IMG/VR virus record: IMGVR_UViG_3300017647_000281
Coordinates: 1-57,578 of that record
Reading direction: 5' to 3' (one strand)
Origin: a virus
Lineage: Duplodnaviria; Caudoviricetes
DNA length: 57,578 nt
Of this stretch, positions 9,701-17,136 are shown in pieces. Made by a program: the position numbers and the translations under genes. Below the pieces are notes generated by a model, which was given only the letters and a program-made list of their open reading frames with translations, was not told the origin of the DNA and made no database searches. How positions within the stretch are numbered: the first letter of the stretch is position 1; each line of letters opens with the position of its first letter.

Positions 9701-10346
9701 AGCCCGACGGCATCGCCGTGCCGGCCGGCGTCGGCTGACCGCCGGGGAAGGTGGTCAGCAGCGGCGAACTGATCGACAGATCGAGGCGGCGCCGGGTGAA
9801 GTTCACGAAGTTGCCGTTGCCGTAGTCGTACGTGAAGCTCTCCAGGCGAGCCTGCACGTCGGTGATCCGTACGTACTGCGACAGCGAGCCGTTCACCAGT
9901 TGGTAGACCTGGCCGATTTCCGGCTGCCGCTGCTCCTCCCGCTGAATGCAGGCAATTGCGCGCTGGCCCTGCAGCTGGTTGCCCAGCAGGTCGAAGGGCG
10001 CGATTACCGCCGGCACGACGTAGGACTCGATGGCGTTGCGGGCGTCGGCGCGCTCGTCGGTCTGGGTGCCGCCGAACAGCAGCACCGACACGCGCGGATC
10101 GGCCGGGGCCTGGGTGAGGATGGCGTGGGCGCCCAGGTAGCTGTCGCTGTTGGTCGACTGGACGCCCGCGAAGGCCTTCCGCAGGTTGATGCGGCCGATG
10201 GTGCGGTCCAGGCGCGAGATGTCCGGGAACAGGTTGTTCACCTCGGCGTCCACCACGGCCTGCCCGGTGGCGCGGCCGCCGCCGTCCGACTCGTCGGTCA
10301 GGCGCTGGGACTTGAGCAGCTTGATGTCGCTTTTGCTGATGGCCAT
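6774..10346 (-). CDS. Large tail structural protein (~1190 aa)
   Basis: MAISKSDIKLLKSQRLTD..DGGG N-terminus; repeated G-x-I-D/N-Y-x-x-G beta motifs. Confidence 0.75.
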   Translation of the reverse strand: MAISKSDIKLLKSQRLTDESDGGGRATGQAVVDAEVNNLFPDISRLDRTIGRINLRKAFAGVQSTNSDSYLGAHAILTQAPADPRVSVLLFGGTQTDERADARNAIESYVVPAVIAPFDLLGNQLQGQRAIACIQREEQRQPEIGQVYQLVNGSLSQYVRITDVQARLESFTYDYGNGNFVNFTRRRLDLSISSPLLTTFPGGQPTPAGTAMPSGSSGTKSQILTTQVADAAHYYGISPLAQAVAEGALSLRVKSVYAQLVPSSTRENALIDQLGGYQRRIVLATGPARSVNLTFALVSGGQSRTFLGTGCAPGTLSLSVNGGTFADDSKGGLRYVSGSNWITSGTIDYETGEINLVRTGAGYTGAATASHQPGAAATGETVTGEIPVDLSNRGYVYTLSLSDAPPMPGTLEISYMALGKWQVLRDQGNGELAGEGTGTIQFNTGSVSLTLNALPDVGSSVIWAYVGQNSAAFTQRTGVSIQAKAKVNRTLPHQGLLPGSYTASFKVGGVTKTVVDAGNGTLSGSGGSGVINYAAGTVSMELTATPDAGTAITHTYQQGAFTDTPLAVTSDSTGMTTFTIPGAPLKPGSVQISWITKQRQAVPAIDHGVLESGNSLPVYESEVLVNNAVSDNTAGGWGGGRAGSINYSTGACSLQVARTYTYKEFTYATEKHGFNPDTIELVSTDRSEMENFGGTLTIRAQSNSQSYGDQTDTQAVVPVTLDLLPGVSESILPGSLVFTYAGETYVDRSGVLYKNVSSTTNAGVAVGSVDYAGRAATLSTYPAGAAAAVTLLACLTTNSGFAVNAMTFRTPGAPLRPASLQVTAVRVDNAQVVTATADANGVLNGAVIKGTVDIATGIVRLRFTSNLDDQTGASDIPVIPILLRYNAVVYSTLPLDANLIGLDPVRLPADGRVPQFREADVLVIRHVAETVVASPVAGGTLALARQQQAEIEVFDANGTALRAASFTANRAAGTVTWANPLVLQDEEGNPLTLPLVVHDRVEHMTLCTEVQISGEIGLASPVPWDMPANEATVSSALSWGDLQARYHHWFTQKAWNTGAPNWTDAPVGETTTANYDQLSYPPIITNMGAIDGKWALVFTSASQFQVVEEKLGVITTGNTAADCAPINPQTNTPYFTIKKEGWGIGWAAANAVRFNTDSALGPVWLARTVLSGQGTVDDDQFRLQIRGDAD

Positions 10347-10367
10347 GTGCACTCCAGCCAGAAACGA

Positions 10368-10391
10368 AAAAACCCGCCGAAGCGGGTTTTG
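10368..10391 (-). terminator. Intrinsic terminator with UUCG loop
   Basis: Minus strand AAAACCCGC-TTCG-GCGGGTTTTTT. Confidence 0.75.
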
Positions 10392-10438
10392 GGAGGGGGT
10401 AAAGAAAGGGGGGCAGGCGCCGGGGAAGCCTCAACGCA

Positions 10439-10639
10439 TCAGCTGCGGAGGGGCGAGACGTCCCTGGTGGTCGCCAGGGACTGGGCGACGGTGTCGGGGG
10501 CATCGGTCAGCGGCATCGCGCTGCCCGCAGTCCACCCGGTCCCCCAGCCTTCCCTGCAGATGGAGAAATAAGGCGTCCCGGTCTGCGGATTGATGGGGAC
10601 GCAGTTCGCCGCAGTAGTGCCGGTGGCGATCGTTTGCAT
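10439..10639 (-). CDS. 66-aa protein paralogous to a C-terminal segment of the large tail protein
   Basis: 26/39 aa identical to the segment encoded at 6891-7007; GGAGA RBS. Confidence 0.6.
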   Translation of the reverse strand: MQTIATGTTAANCVPINPQTGTPYFSICREGWGTGWTAGSAMPLTDAPDTVAQSLATTRDVSPLRS

Positions 10640-10652
10640 GGTGTTCTCCGGG

Positions 10653-11057
10653 TCAGGGTGTTTCAGGGGGCGGCGGGGCCACTGTGATCAAGCGCAGGGT
10701 GATTTCGTAGTCCTCGGCTGGCCCCGGGTTCACCGTGCGGTGTACCTGGGAGGCCTCGAGCGGCGCCTGGCCGTTGGCCCGGTTCCACGTCACCGAGAAC
10801 TCCCGGCCGTCGGGCAGCACCAGGTCCATCACCTTCAGCCGCTGGTCGCGCAGGACCTCCAGCTGCCGCACGACCGACAGCGGCGTCCAGGCGCCGCCGT
10901 TGGCCTGCAGGGTGATGGGCCGACCGTGCAGCTTGATGCCCTCCTGCACCAGGAGGGCGCCGGTGATGGAGCGCTCCTGCTCCTGCGCCACCGAGTCCCA
11001 GGTGAACTCATCGGTCCATTCGAGCTGGTCGTCCAGTTCGATGCTGTCGAGCATCAT
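10653..11057 (-). CDS. Distal tail-like protein
   Basis: Directly follows the tape measure; WTDEFTW..VAQ...SITGALLVQ motif. Confidence 0.7.
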   Translation of the reverse strand: MMLDSIELDDQLEWTDEFTWDSVAQEQERSITGALLVQEGIKLHGRPITLQANGGAWTPLSVVRQLEVLRDQRLKVMDLVLPDGREFSVTWNRANGQAPLEASQVHRTVNPGPAEDYEITLRLITVAPPPPETP

Positions 11058-14000
11058 CAGCTAGTCCTCAAGGCAGCCTTGCCGAGCAGGTCGAGCAGTT
11101 GGCTACCGTCATCGGTGACGCCGACATCCACGCTCCGCCCCTGGACCTCGAGGCGGATGGTCTTCATCGGCTGGGAAGGTGTTGCAGCAGGCGCCGCCGC
11201 GGCCGCCGCGGGAGCCTGTGCCTGCGCAGCGTTCTGCGCGTCCACCCGGGCCTGCTGCTCCGCCAGTTGGCGCTTGGCATCGGTCTCGGCTTGGATCTGC
11301 TGCAGCGTGGCCAAGGCCTGCATCAGGTTCTGCACGGCGTTGAGGTCGCCGGCCTTCTGTGCGTCGGCCAACTGCGTCGTCAGATCCTGCTTGCGGCTGT
11401 TGAACCGACTACGGTCCACCGCATCCTGCTCGCCGCGCAGGCCCGCCAGCTCTTCCCGCAGGCTCGCCAGGGTGTCGCGCGAGCCCTCGGACAGCTGCTG
11501 CATCCGCTGTTTGGCCGAGTCAATGCTGCTCTCCAACTGCCGCAAGTCGGAGTCGCCCAACAGGTTCATGCCATTGCGCGCGGCCTTGGCCTGCTCCAGG
11601 AACTGACGCAAGGTGATCTCGCCCGTCTCGTAGCCATCGAGCAGGCTTAGCAGTTGCCGCTTCTGCTCCAGATACGACACCGCCACGCTGTCACTGTCGG
11701 CCTTCATCGACAGCGCCCACTTCCCGAGGCTGGAAACGCCAGGCATCGAGGCAGCGGCCTCGACCTTGCCCATCTCCTCGCGCACGCGCTGTAGCGACTC
11801 GGTGGTGCTCTCCAGCGAACTGGTGTCGATCTGTGGGGCCGCGCTGGAGAGTCCGCGCAGTTGGTCGAAGGCCGCCAGCGCCTCGGCGCTGAGCTGGGCC
11901 AGCGGCGCGCGGGTGGAACTGATCACGCCGGAGAAGAAATTCGCGAAGTCGGACATGTCCTCCTTCACGAACCCCACCGACTTACGTTCCTCCTCCATGG
12001 CATCGCCGATGGCCTTGCGCTGGGCCTCCAGGGAGTCGGTGGCCTTGTCCGTCGACTCAGCGAAGGCATCCATGCCCTGGGCGCCAGTGGTGCCGGCAGC
12101 CTTCATCTCGGCGATCTTCTCGCTGAGTTCCTTCTGCGAGCGGTTGAACTCATCCGCTTTGATCTTGCCGTCGTTGTACAGCTTGTTCAGCGCGGTGCGG
12201 ATGTTCGAGATATCCGCCGAGGTCCTGGCATTGGCGATGGCGTTCTGTACATCCTTCAGCGACTCCAGGCCTGTGCTCAGGTCAGAGACACCCAGGGCCG
12301 CACCGCCCGCTGCCTTCTGCAGCTCCTTCAGCTTGGCGTTCAGTACGCCGGCACCGTTGGCATATTCCTGCTGGCTGAGATTGCCGGCCTGGTAGGCCTT
12401 GCGCATTTCCTCCTGCAGCTTGGTCAGTTGGCCCACCGAGGTAGCCGTACTGATCTGGTCCAGCGCGTTCTGCAGGCCGGTGACGGCCTGGACCGCCTGA
12501 GCGCTGGCGTCCTGTGCGCCGGTCTTCAGGCTATCGAAGTGTTCGGTGATGACCTGGCTCTGCTCGCCAGCCGCGCTCGCCGTGTCCTTGGTGCTGGTGT
12601 CCCAGGCTGCCGCAATGTCCTTGGCATCTTGCTCGACCTGAGCCTTGAATCCCGCCGTCAACCCATCCAGGACTTCCCGGGCTTGCGCTGCGGAAGCCTT
12701 GAGCTTCTCGCCGCCGAGCAGCGAGGGCACCTTGTCGGCGACCGTCTCGATTGCGCCCAGCATTTCGCTGAGCTTGTTGGTAACCGCCGCAGCCGCCAGC
12801 GAAAGACCAGCAGTCAAGCCATTGAACAACGTGCGGAAGGGCGCGATAAACAACTGCACCCGGGTGGCCATCTCGTCGATTTCCGACCGGAACCCACTGA
12901 GCCAGGTGGAGGTGTTGTCGACCAGCGCCTTGAAGTCCACCTCCCCGAGGCGCTTGATGAAGTCGCCAACCCACTCGGCGCCCTGCACGAAGGCGTCCGA
13001 CAGGCCCTCGGCCAGTTTGTCCAGGCGCCCGTCAGCATCCATCTGCGCGATGGTGTCGGCCAGGGCCTGCAGCTTGCCCTTGACGTAGTCCAGCGCCCCC
13101 GCGTTGGCGATGCGGTTGAGGAAGTTGGTGGCGGTGTCCTGCAGGTTGCTGATCAACCCGCTCAGGCGGCTCATGTTCGCCGCGGCAGCACCGCCCGAGG
13201 TGCGGCCCATTTCGTCGATCAGGGCCTTGATCACGTCGCGGCCGAGCTTGCCCTTGCTCGCCAGCTCCTGCAATTGCTCGACGTTCTTCCCGGTGACGTT
13301 GGACAGCATGTCCCACACCGGCACGCCGCGCTCGACGAGCTGCAGGATTTCCTCGGTCTGCAGCTTCTGCTTGGCCCAGGCCTGGCCAACCGCCGTAGCG
13401 ATCCCCTCCAGGCGCTCCATGCCGCCGCCCAACTTCTCCGACTGGTCCTCCAGGGCCTTGAAGGTCCCATCCATCGGATCAATGCCGTAGGCCTTCAGCA
13501 GCGCGAAGGCATCGGTGACCTCCTGCAGTTGCAGGGGGGTGTCCTTGGCGAACTTGGTGATCCAGGCGGCAGCCTCCTGCCCTTTCTCCACCGAGCCCAT
13601 CAGCGACGTCAGGCGAGTTTGCAGGCCTTCAAACTCATCGCCTGTCTTCAGCATCGAGACGATGCCATCACGTACCGCGCCAACGCCGCGCCCGATCAGG
13701 CCGAAGGCAGCATTGATCCCCACGAAGGCGGCCGCATACCCAACGGCCTGGCGCACGCCAGCGGACATCGCAGAGCGAAGCGCATCCACGCGCGACACAT
13801 GGTTTTCCGCCTCGCGCCGTGCGCGAGCCTGGGCGCGCTCCAGATCACGCAGCTCCTTGGCGTTCTGGCTGATCGCCTCCTTGGTACGCGTGACCTCGGC
13901 CGCCAGGCGCCGCTCCTCGTCGGCCAGCTTGTCGGTGTCGATGCCGGCAGCCCGGGCGGCCTGTTGCTGGTCGGCCAGTTTGGCGTTGAGGGCGTCCAGG

Positions 14001-14332
14001 GTGCGCCGCAGGGTGGCTGCGTCCTTCTCGGCAGCCTTCAGCGCGACTTCCAGCCCCTTGTTGCCGGGCTCCTTGTTCAGCGCCTCTCGCAGGTCGTTGA
14101 CATACTTCTCAGCACGATTCACCGAGGTCTCGGTGACGCTTACCGCACGCTGGGTGCTCGACAGGGCGCTAATCAGGCCGCGGGCACTCTTGGCATTGTC
14201 GAGGGCCTCGCCGAGCTGGCTGGCCTTGGAGCGCAGCGCCTCCAGCGCCTCGGCGGACTGCTTGGCGGCGGGAGACATCTCGTCCTTGCCGCGCAGAACG
14301 AATTGAATCAGGCGTTGAACTGGATTGGCCAT
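11057..14332 (-). CDS. Tape measure protein
   Basis: 1091 aa Ala-rich helical protein with tape-measure domain (FAKDTPLQL...KLQTEEILQLVERGVPVW). Confidence 0.92.
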   Translation of the reverse strand: MANPVQRLIQFVLRGKDEMSPAAKQSAEALEALRSKASQLGEALDNAKSARGLISALSSTQRAVSVTETSVNRAEKYVNDLREALNKEPGNKGLEVALKAAEKDAATLRRTLDALNAKLADQQQAARAAGIDTDKLADEERRLAAEVTRTKEAISQNAKELRDLERAQARARREAENHVSRVDALRSAMSAGVRQAVGYAAAFVGINAAFGLIGRGVGAVRDGIVSMLKTGDEFEGLQTRLTSLMGSVEKGQEAAAWITKFAKDTPLQLQEVTDAFALLKAYGIDPMDGTFKALEDQSEKLGGGMERLEGIATAVGQAWAKQKLQTEEILQLVERGVPVWDMLSNVTGKNVEQLQELASKGKLGRDVIKALIDEMGRTSGGAAAANMSRLSGLISNLQDTATNFLNRIANAGALDYVKGKLQALADTIAQMDADGRLDKLAEGLSDAFVQGAEWVGDFIKRLGEVDFKALVDNTSTWLSGFRSEIDEMATRVQLFIAPFRTLFNGLTAGLSLAAAAVTNKLSEMLGAIETVADKVPSLLGGEKLKASAAQAREVLDGLTAGFKAQVEQDAKDIAAAWDTSTKDTASAAGEQSQVITEHFDSLKTGAQDASAQAVQAVTGLQNALDQISTATSVGQLTKLQEEMRKAYQAGNLSQQEYANGAGVLNAKLKELQKAAGGAALGVSDLSTGLESLKDVQNAIANARTSADISNIRTALNKLYNDGKIKADEFNRSQKELSEKIAEMKAAGTTGAQGMDAFAESTDKATDSLEAQRKAIGDAMEEERKSVGFVKEDMSDFANFFSGVISSTRAPLAQLSAEALAAFDQLRGLSSAAPQIDTSSLESTTESLQRVREEMGKVEAAASMPGVSSLGKWALSMKADSDSVAVSYLEQKRQLLSLLDGYETGEITLRQFLEQAKAARNGMNLLGDSDLRQLESSIDSAKQRMQQLSEGSRDTLASLREELAGLRGEQDAVDRSRFNSRKQDLTTQLADAQKAGDLNAVQNLMQALATLQQIQAETDAKRQLAEQQARVDAQNAAQAQAPAAAAAAPAATPSQPMKTIRLEVQGRSVDVGVTDDGSQLLDLLGKAALRTS

Positions 14333-14349
14333 GGATATCCTCGGGTAAG

Positions 14350-14373
14350 AAAAAGCCCGCCAGATGGCGGGCT
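14350..14373 (-). terminator. Intrinsic terminator upstream of the tape measure gene
   Basis: Minus strand AGCCCGCC-ATCT-GGCGGGCTTTTT. Confidence 0.7.
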
Positions 14374-14377
14374 GATG

Positions 14378-14605
14378 TCATTCAAAATCGTGGAAACCCA
14401 GGCGCCGGCTGAGCCAGAGGAACAACGGGATAAACACGAACCGGCCGAGCAATAGCCAAACCACAAGAAAGCCGATATAGAAGGCCCACTCGGCAGTCCA
14501 GGCGGATACCGACGCAATGTAAGGGCCTACTCGCAAGCAGGAGCTAATGGTGAACAAGAGGAAGAAGAAGACGTGGAGAAAAGAATATCTGCGCATTTTG
14601 CTCAA
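14378..14605 (-). CDS. Possible small two-TM membrane protein (overlaps the opposite-strand moron)
   Basis: Two hydrophobic stretches; ends 4 bp before a terminator; weak RBS. Confidence 0.35.
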   Translation of the reverse strand: MSKMRRYSFLHVFFFLLFTISSCLRVGPYIASVSAWTAEWAFYIGFLVVWLLLGRFVFIPLFLWLSRRLGFHDFE

Positions 14606-14897
14606 TGGCCCCGCATCTACGAATGACTATGCTCTGGCCTCTGAACTGCTAGATGAGCAGCTAGCCAAAGGGAAATATCTCCGCAACCGGGCACAACCGA
14701 ACGACATCGCCAACCTTGTGTGGCAAGGAATAACCACTAAAGGTCGTCTCTTTGCGGATGAGCTGGAGGATGAAATCAGGCGTAGCACTTGGTGGCACCG
14801 CACTCTTGTGGCCAGCGGCGGCATCGGGCTTTGGCTGCTGGGGTACTGCACCGAGTCGATCCTCGATTACGGCAAAGCAATGCTCTTCGGCGGATGA
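14547..14897 (+). CDS. Moron protein with winged-helix-like core and C-terminal hydrophobic segment
   Basis: AGGAG RBS, opposite strand to the tail operon, ITTKGRLFAD motif, AT-richer than flanks. Confidence 0.6.
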   Translation: MVNKRKKKTWRKEYLRILLNGPASTNDYALASELLDEQLAKGKYLRNRAQPNDIANLVWQGITTKGRLFADELEDEIRRSTWWHRTLVASGGIGLWLLGYCTESILDYGKAMLFGG

Positions 14898-14919
14898 GGC
14901 CATCCATGGCCATGCCGCC

Positions 14920-15666
14920 TTAGGCCGCCAGGTCCATCTGCAGGAACTTCGAGATGTCGTCGGCGACAACGGTCGGATCGGCGAGCAGCTCGATGGGGCC
15001 GGTCAGTTTGAGGTAGTCCTGGCCCAGGATCGGCATCTCCTGGAGCAGGCCGAACTTGGCGCGGCGGATGCGCAGCGCGTAGGGCTCGCCCGACTGCGCG
15101 TCGTTCAGGCCGGCGATGAAGATCTCGAACTCCTTCTCCGAGCTGTTGAGCATCTGCACGGCCGTGCTCTTGCGCGGGGTGTAGTCAACCAGCACGCCGG
15201 TCTCGTCGATGGTGGTGCCGGACAGCACCTGGATGCCGTGGGGCGTCAGCAGGTAGTCGGTGCCAGCCGCCAGGGGATCGCCGCCGGCGGTCTTGACGGT
15301 GATGGTCTTGGTCATGTCCGGCATGTACTTGAACGGGATCAGCTCGAAGGCCACGCCGGCGGAGGTGTGAGCCTCGCCGGTGATCGCCGCGGTGGGCGCC
15401 ACGGTGATGGTGCCGCGAGTGATCGCCGCCACGTTCTCCGGGGTGATGTCGTAGAGGCCGATGGAGCCGGTCACGTCGGTGGGACGGGTGCGCACGTTGC
15501 GGTTGCCGCCGCCGCCCATGTAGTTCGGCAGGGCCTTGCGGTCAGTGGCATAGCTGACGCTGAAGGCGTCGCAGTTGCCGAACGGCAGCAGGCCATCCTG
15601 CGAGCCGTACAGGCGGGCGAAGGGCTGGCCCTCGCCGATGAAAGAACGATCAATGGGCTGGAGCAT
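14920..15666 (-). CDS. Major tail (tube) protein
   Basis: Position between tail terminator and tape measure; 248 aa beta-rich. Confidence 0.8.
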   Translation of the reverse strand: MLQPIDRSFIGEGQPFARLYGSQDGLLPFGNCDAFSVSYATDRKALPNYMGGGGNRNVRTRPTDVTGSIGLYDITPENVAAITRGTITVAPTAAITGEAHTSAGVAFELIPFKYMPDMTKTITVKTAGGDPLAAGTDYLLTPHGIQVLSGTTIDETGVLVDYTPRKSTAVQMLNSSEKEFEIFIAGLNDAQSGEPYALRIRRAKFGLLQEMPILGQDYLKLTGPIELLADPTVVADDISKFLQMDLAA

Positions 15667-15695
15667 GTAGGTCTCCTCGAGGGATTGGCCGGCGC

Positions 15696-15911
15696 TTACT
15701 TGGCGCCGCTGGTTTCAGTGGTCGGCGCCGGGGCGGGCGCAACGGGCTGGGCGGCGGCCTTCTCGGCCTTGGGCTTTGGCGCGAAGCCATGGGCCCAGGC
15801 GTGTTCCGCGACGGCCTGGGAAACCTCGACGGGCAGGCTCGACTTCGGGTAGTGCGTCACGCCGGCCCCCGCGCGGTGGTTGAAGGCCTTGGTGATGGTG
15901 ATCTCGGGCAT
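15696..15911 (-). CDS. Small hypothetical protein (MPEITITK...)
   Basis: GGAGG RBS; Ala/Pro-rich tail. Confidence 0.6.
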   Translation of the reverse strand: MPEITITKAFNHRAGAGVTHYPKSSLPVEVSQAVAEHAWAHGFAPKPKAEKAAAQPVAPAPAPTTETSGAK

Positions 15912-15961
15912 GTGGCCCTCCAGAAATGAGAAGGCCGCCCGAAGGCGGCCTGGTGGATGGG

Positions 15962-16399
15962 TTACAGCTGCTGCACGTAGGTGACGGTGATGGGGATCAC
16001 CCGGAACGCCCATCGGCGCCCCCTGTCGGGGTACCGCGGCGCGGAGGTGGGGAACGCCACCTTGATCAGGCCGTCGACGGTGAACCCGGCCTTGATGCCC
16101 TTCAGCGCCCGCTTGATGTCCAGCCTGGCGGTGCGCAGCGGCTGGGCATGGTCACGAAGCCGGGTCATCGCCACGATGTTGATGGTCAGCTCCTCGCGCA
16201 CCGTCGCCCCGGACCGGTCCAGCTCCGAGGTGTCGCCCTCCTGCAGGACGATCAGCTGGTCGGGCAGTTCCTCGTCCTCGGCGTCGATCAGGTCCAGCAC
16301 GTTGTCCTCGCGGATCTCAGCGCCGAAGCCGGGAACGCCGGCGAGCAGCGTCTGCAGCTGGCCGATGATGTCGGCCTGCACGTTGGGTACGTCGCTCAT
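15962..16399 (-). CDS. Tail terminator/completion protein
   Basis: Size and position after the head-tail joining gene. Confidence 0.65.
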   Translation of the reverse strand: MSDVPNVQADIIGQLQTLLAGVPGFGAEIREDNVLDLIDAEDEELPDQLIVLQEGDTSELDRSGATVREELTINIVAMTRLRDHAQPLRTARLDIKRALKGIKAGFTVDGLIKVAFPTSAPRYPDRGRRWAFRVIPITVTYVQQL

Positions 16400-16710
16400 C
16401 AGGGCACCACGTAGAAGGTGATGAGATGGCCGTCATCCGCATGGATGTCGTCGATGTGCCATTCCTTGCCGTTGGCGTCGCGGAACCGCCCCTGACGATC
16501 CAGGGGCGCAAGCTGATGCTTCTGGACGGCAATTGTCCGGTATCGATCGATGGCTCCGATCTCGCCGAGTCGCTCCACGCCGTCGCTGACTATGACGGCC
16601 AGGCCGGAAGCTATGACGGCGCCCTGACGGTCCAGAAAGTCCATGGGACCGTCGTTGAAAGCCCGGATGGATAGGCGATCCAGGCGATCACGCATGCTCG
16701 CCCAGCCCAT
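16399..16710 (-). CDS. Head-tail joining protein
   Basis: Position after the capsid cement gene; 103 aa. Confidence 0.62.
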   Translation of the reverse strand: MGWASMRDRLDRLSIRAFNDGPMDFLDRQGAVIASGLAVIVSDGVERLGEIGAIDRYRTIAVQKHQLAPLDRQGRFRDANGKEWHIDDIHADDGHLITFYVVP

Positions 16711-16713
16711 GGT

Positions 16714-17067
16714 TTAGGTCGCCGCCGCCGGCGCGGAGACGCCGTTGAGGCGCACGCGACCGAACGCCGACGGGTTGGCCGCGGCCTCGGTGGCCACGCC
16801 CACCAGCACCAGGCCGGTGGCCGAGGCGTTGCTCAGGCTGCCGCTGGTGGTGTTCATGTACACCAGGTCGCCGACCGCCCAGGCCTGCGCGCTGGTCTTG
16901 GTCAGCTCGAAGACACCGGTCAGCTTCAGCTCCACCGGATCGCCAGCGGCTTCGGTGGTGGCGGCCACGCCGATGAAGGCGCCGACCTTGTAGAGCTTGC
17001 CGGAGACGGTGCCGCCGGCCGGCGCCGGGACGGTGGTGATGTCGCCGTTCTGGATGAAGGTCTTCAT
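16714..17067 (-). CDS. DUF2190-like capsid cement protein
   Basis: MKTFIQNGD...GVFEL.K...AWAVGD.VY motif after the capsid gene. Confidence 0.8.
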   Translation of the reverse strand: MKTFIQNGDITTVPAPAGGTVSGKLYKVGAFIGVAATTEAAGDPVELKLTGVFELTKTSAQAWAVGDLVYMNTTSGSLSNASATGLVLVGVATEAAANPSAFGRVRLNGVSAPAAAT

Positions 17068-17136
17068 GTGGTCTCTCTCTCGAAGGTGCAGAAACACGAA
17101 GGGCGCCTTCCGGCGCCCTGGTGAAGTGAGGCTCGA

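Noticed and set aside
6891-10630. The 10514-10630 / 6891-7007 repeat as a DGR template/variable pair
   Set aside because: Mismatches include many non-adenine synonymous changes (CCC/CCG, TAT/TAC, GGC/GGG) and no reverse transcriptase is present.
8182-14455. Long alternative-frame and antisense ORFs (8182-10503, 8331-10571, 11861-14455; also 17488-19311, 25755-27644, 50144-52150)
   Set aside because: Shadow ORFs of high-GC genes; they overlap well-supported genes and lack motifs.
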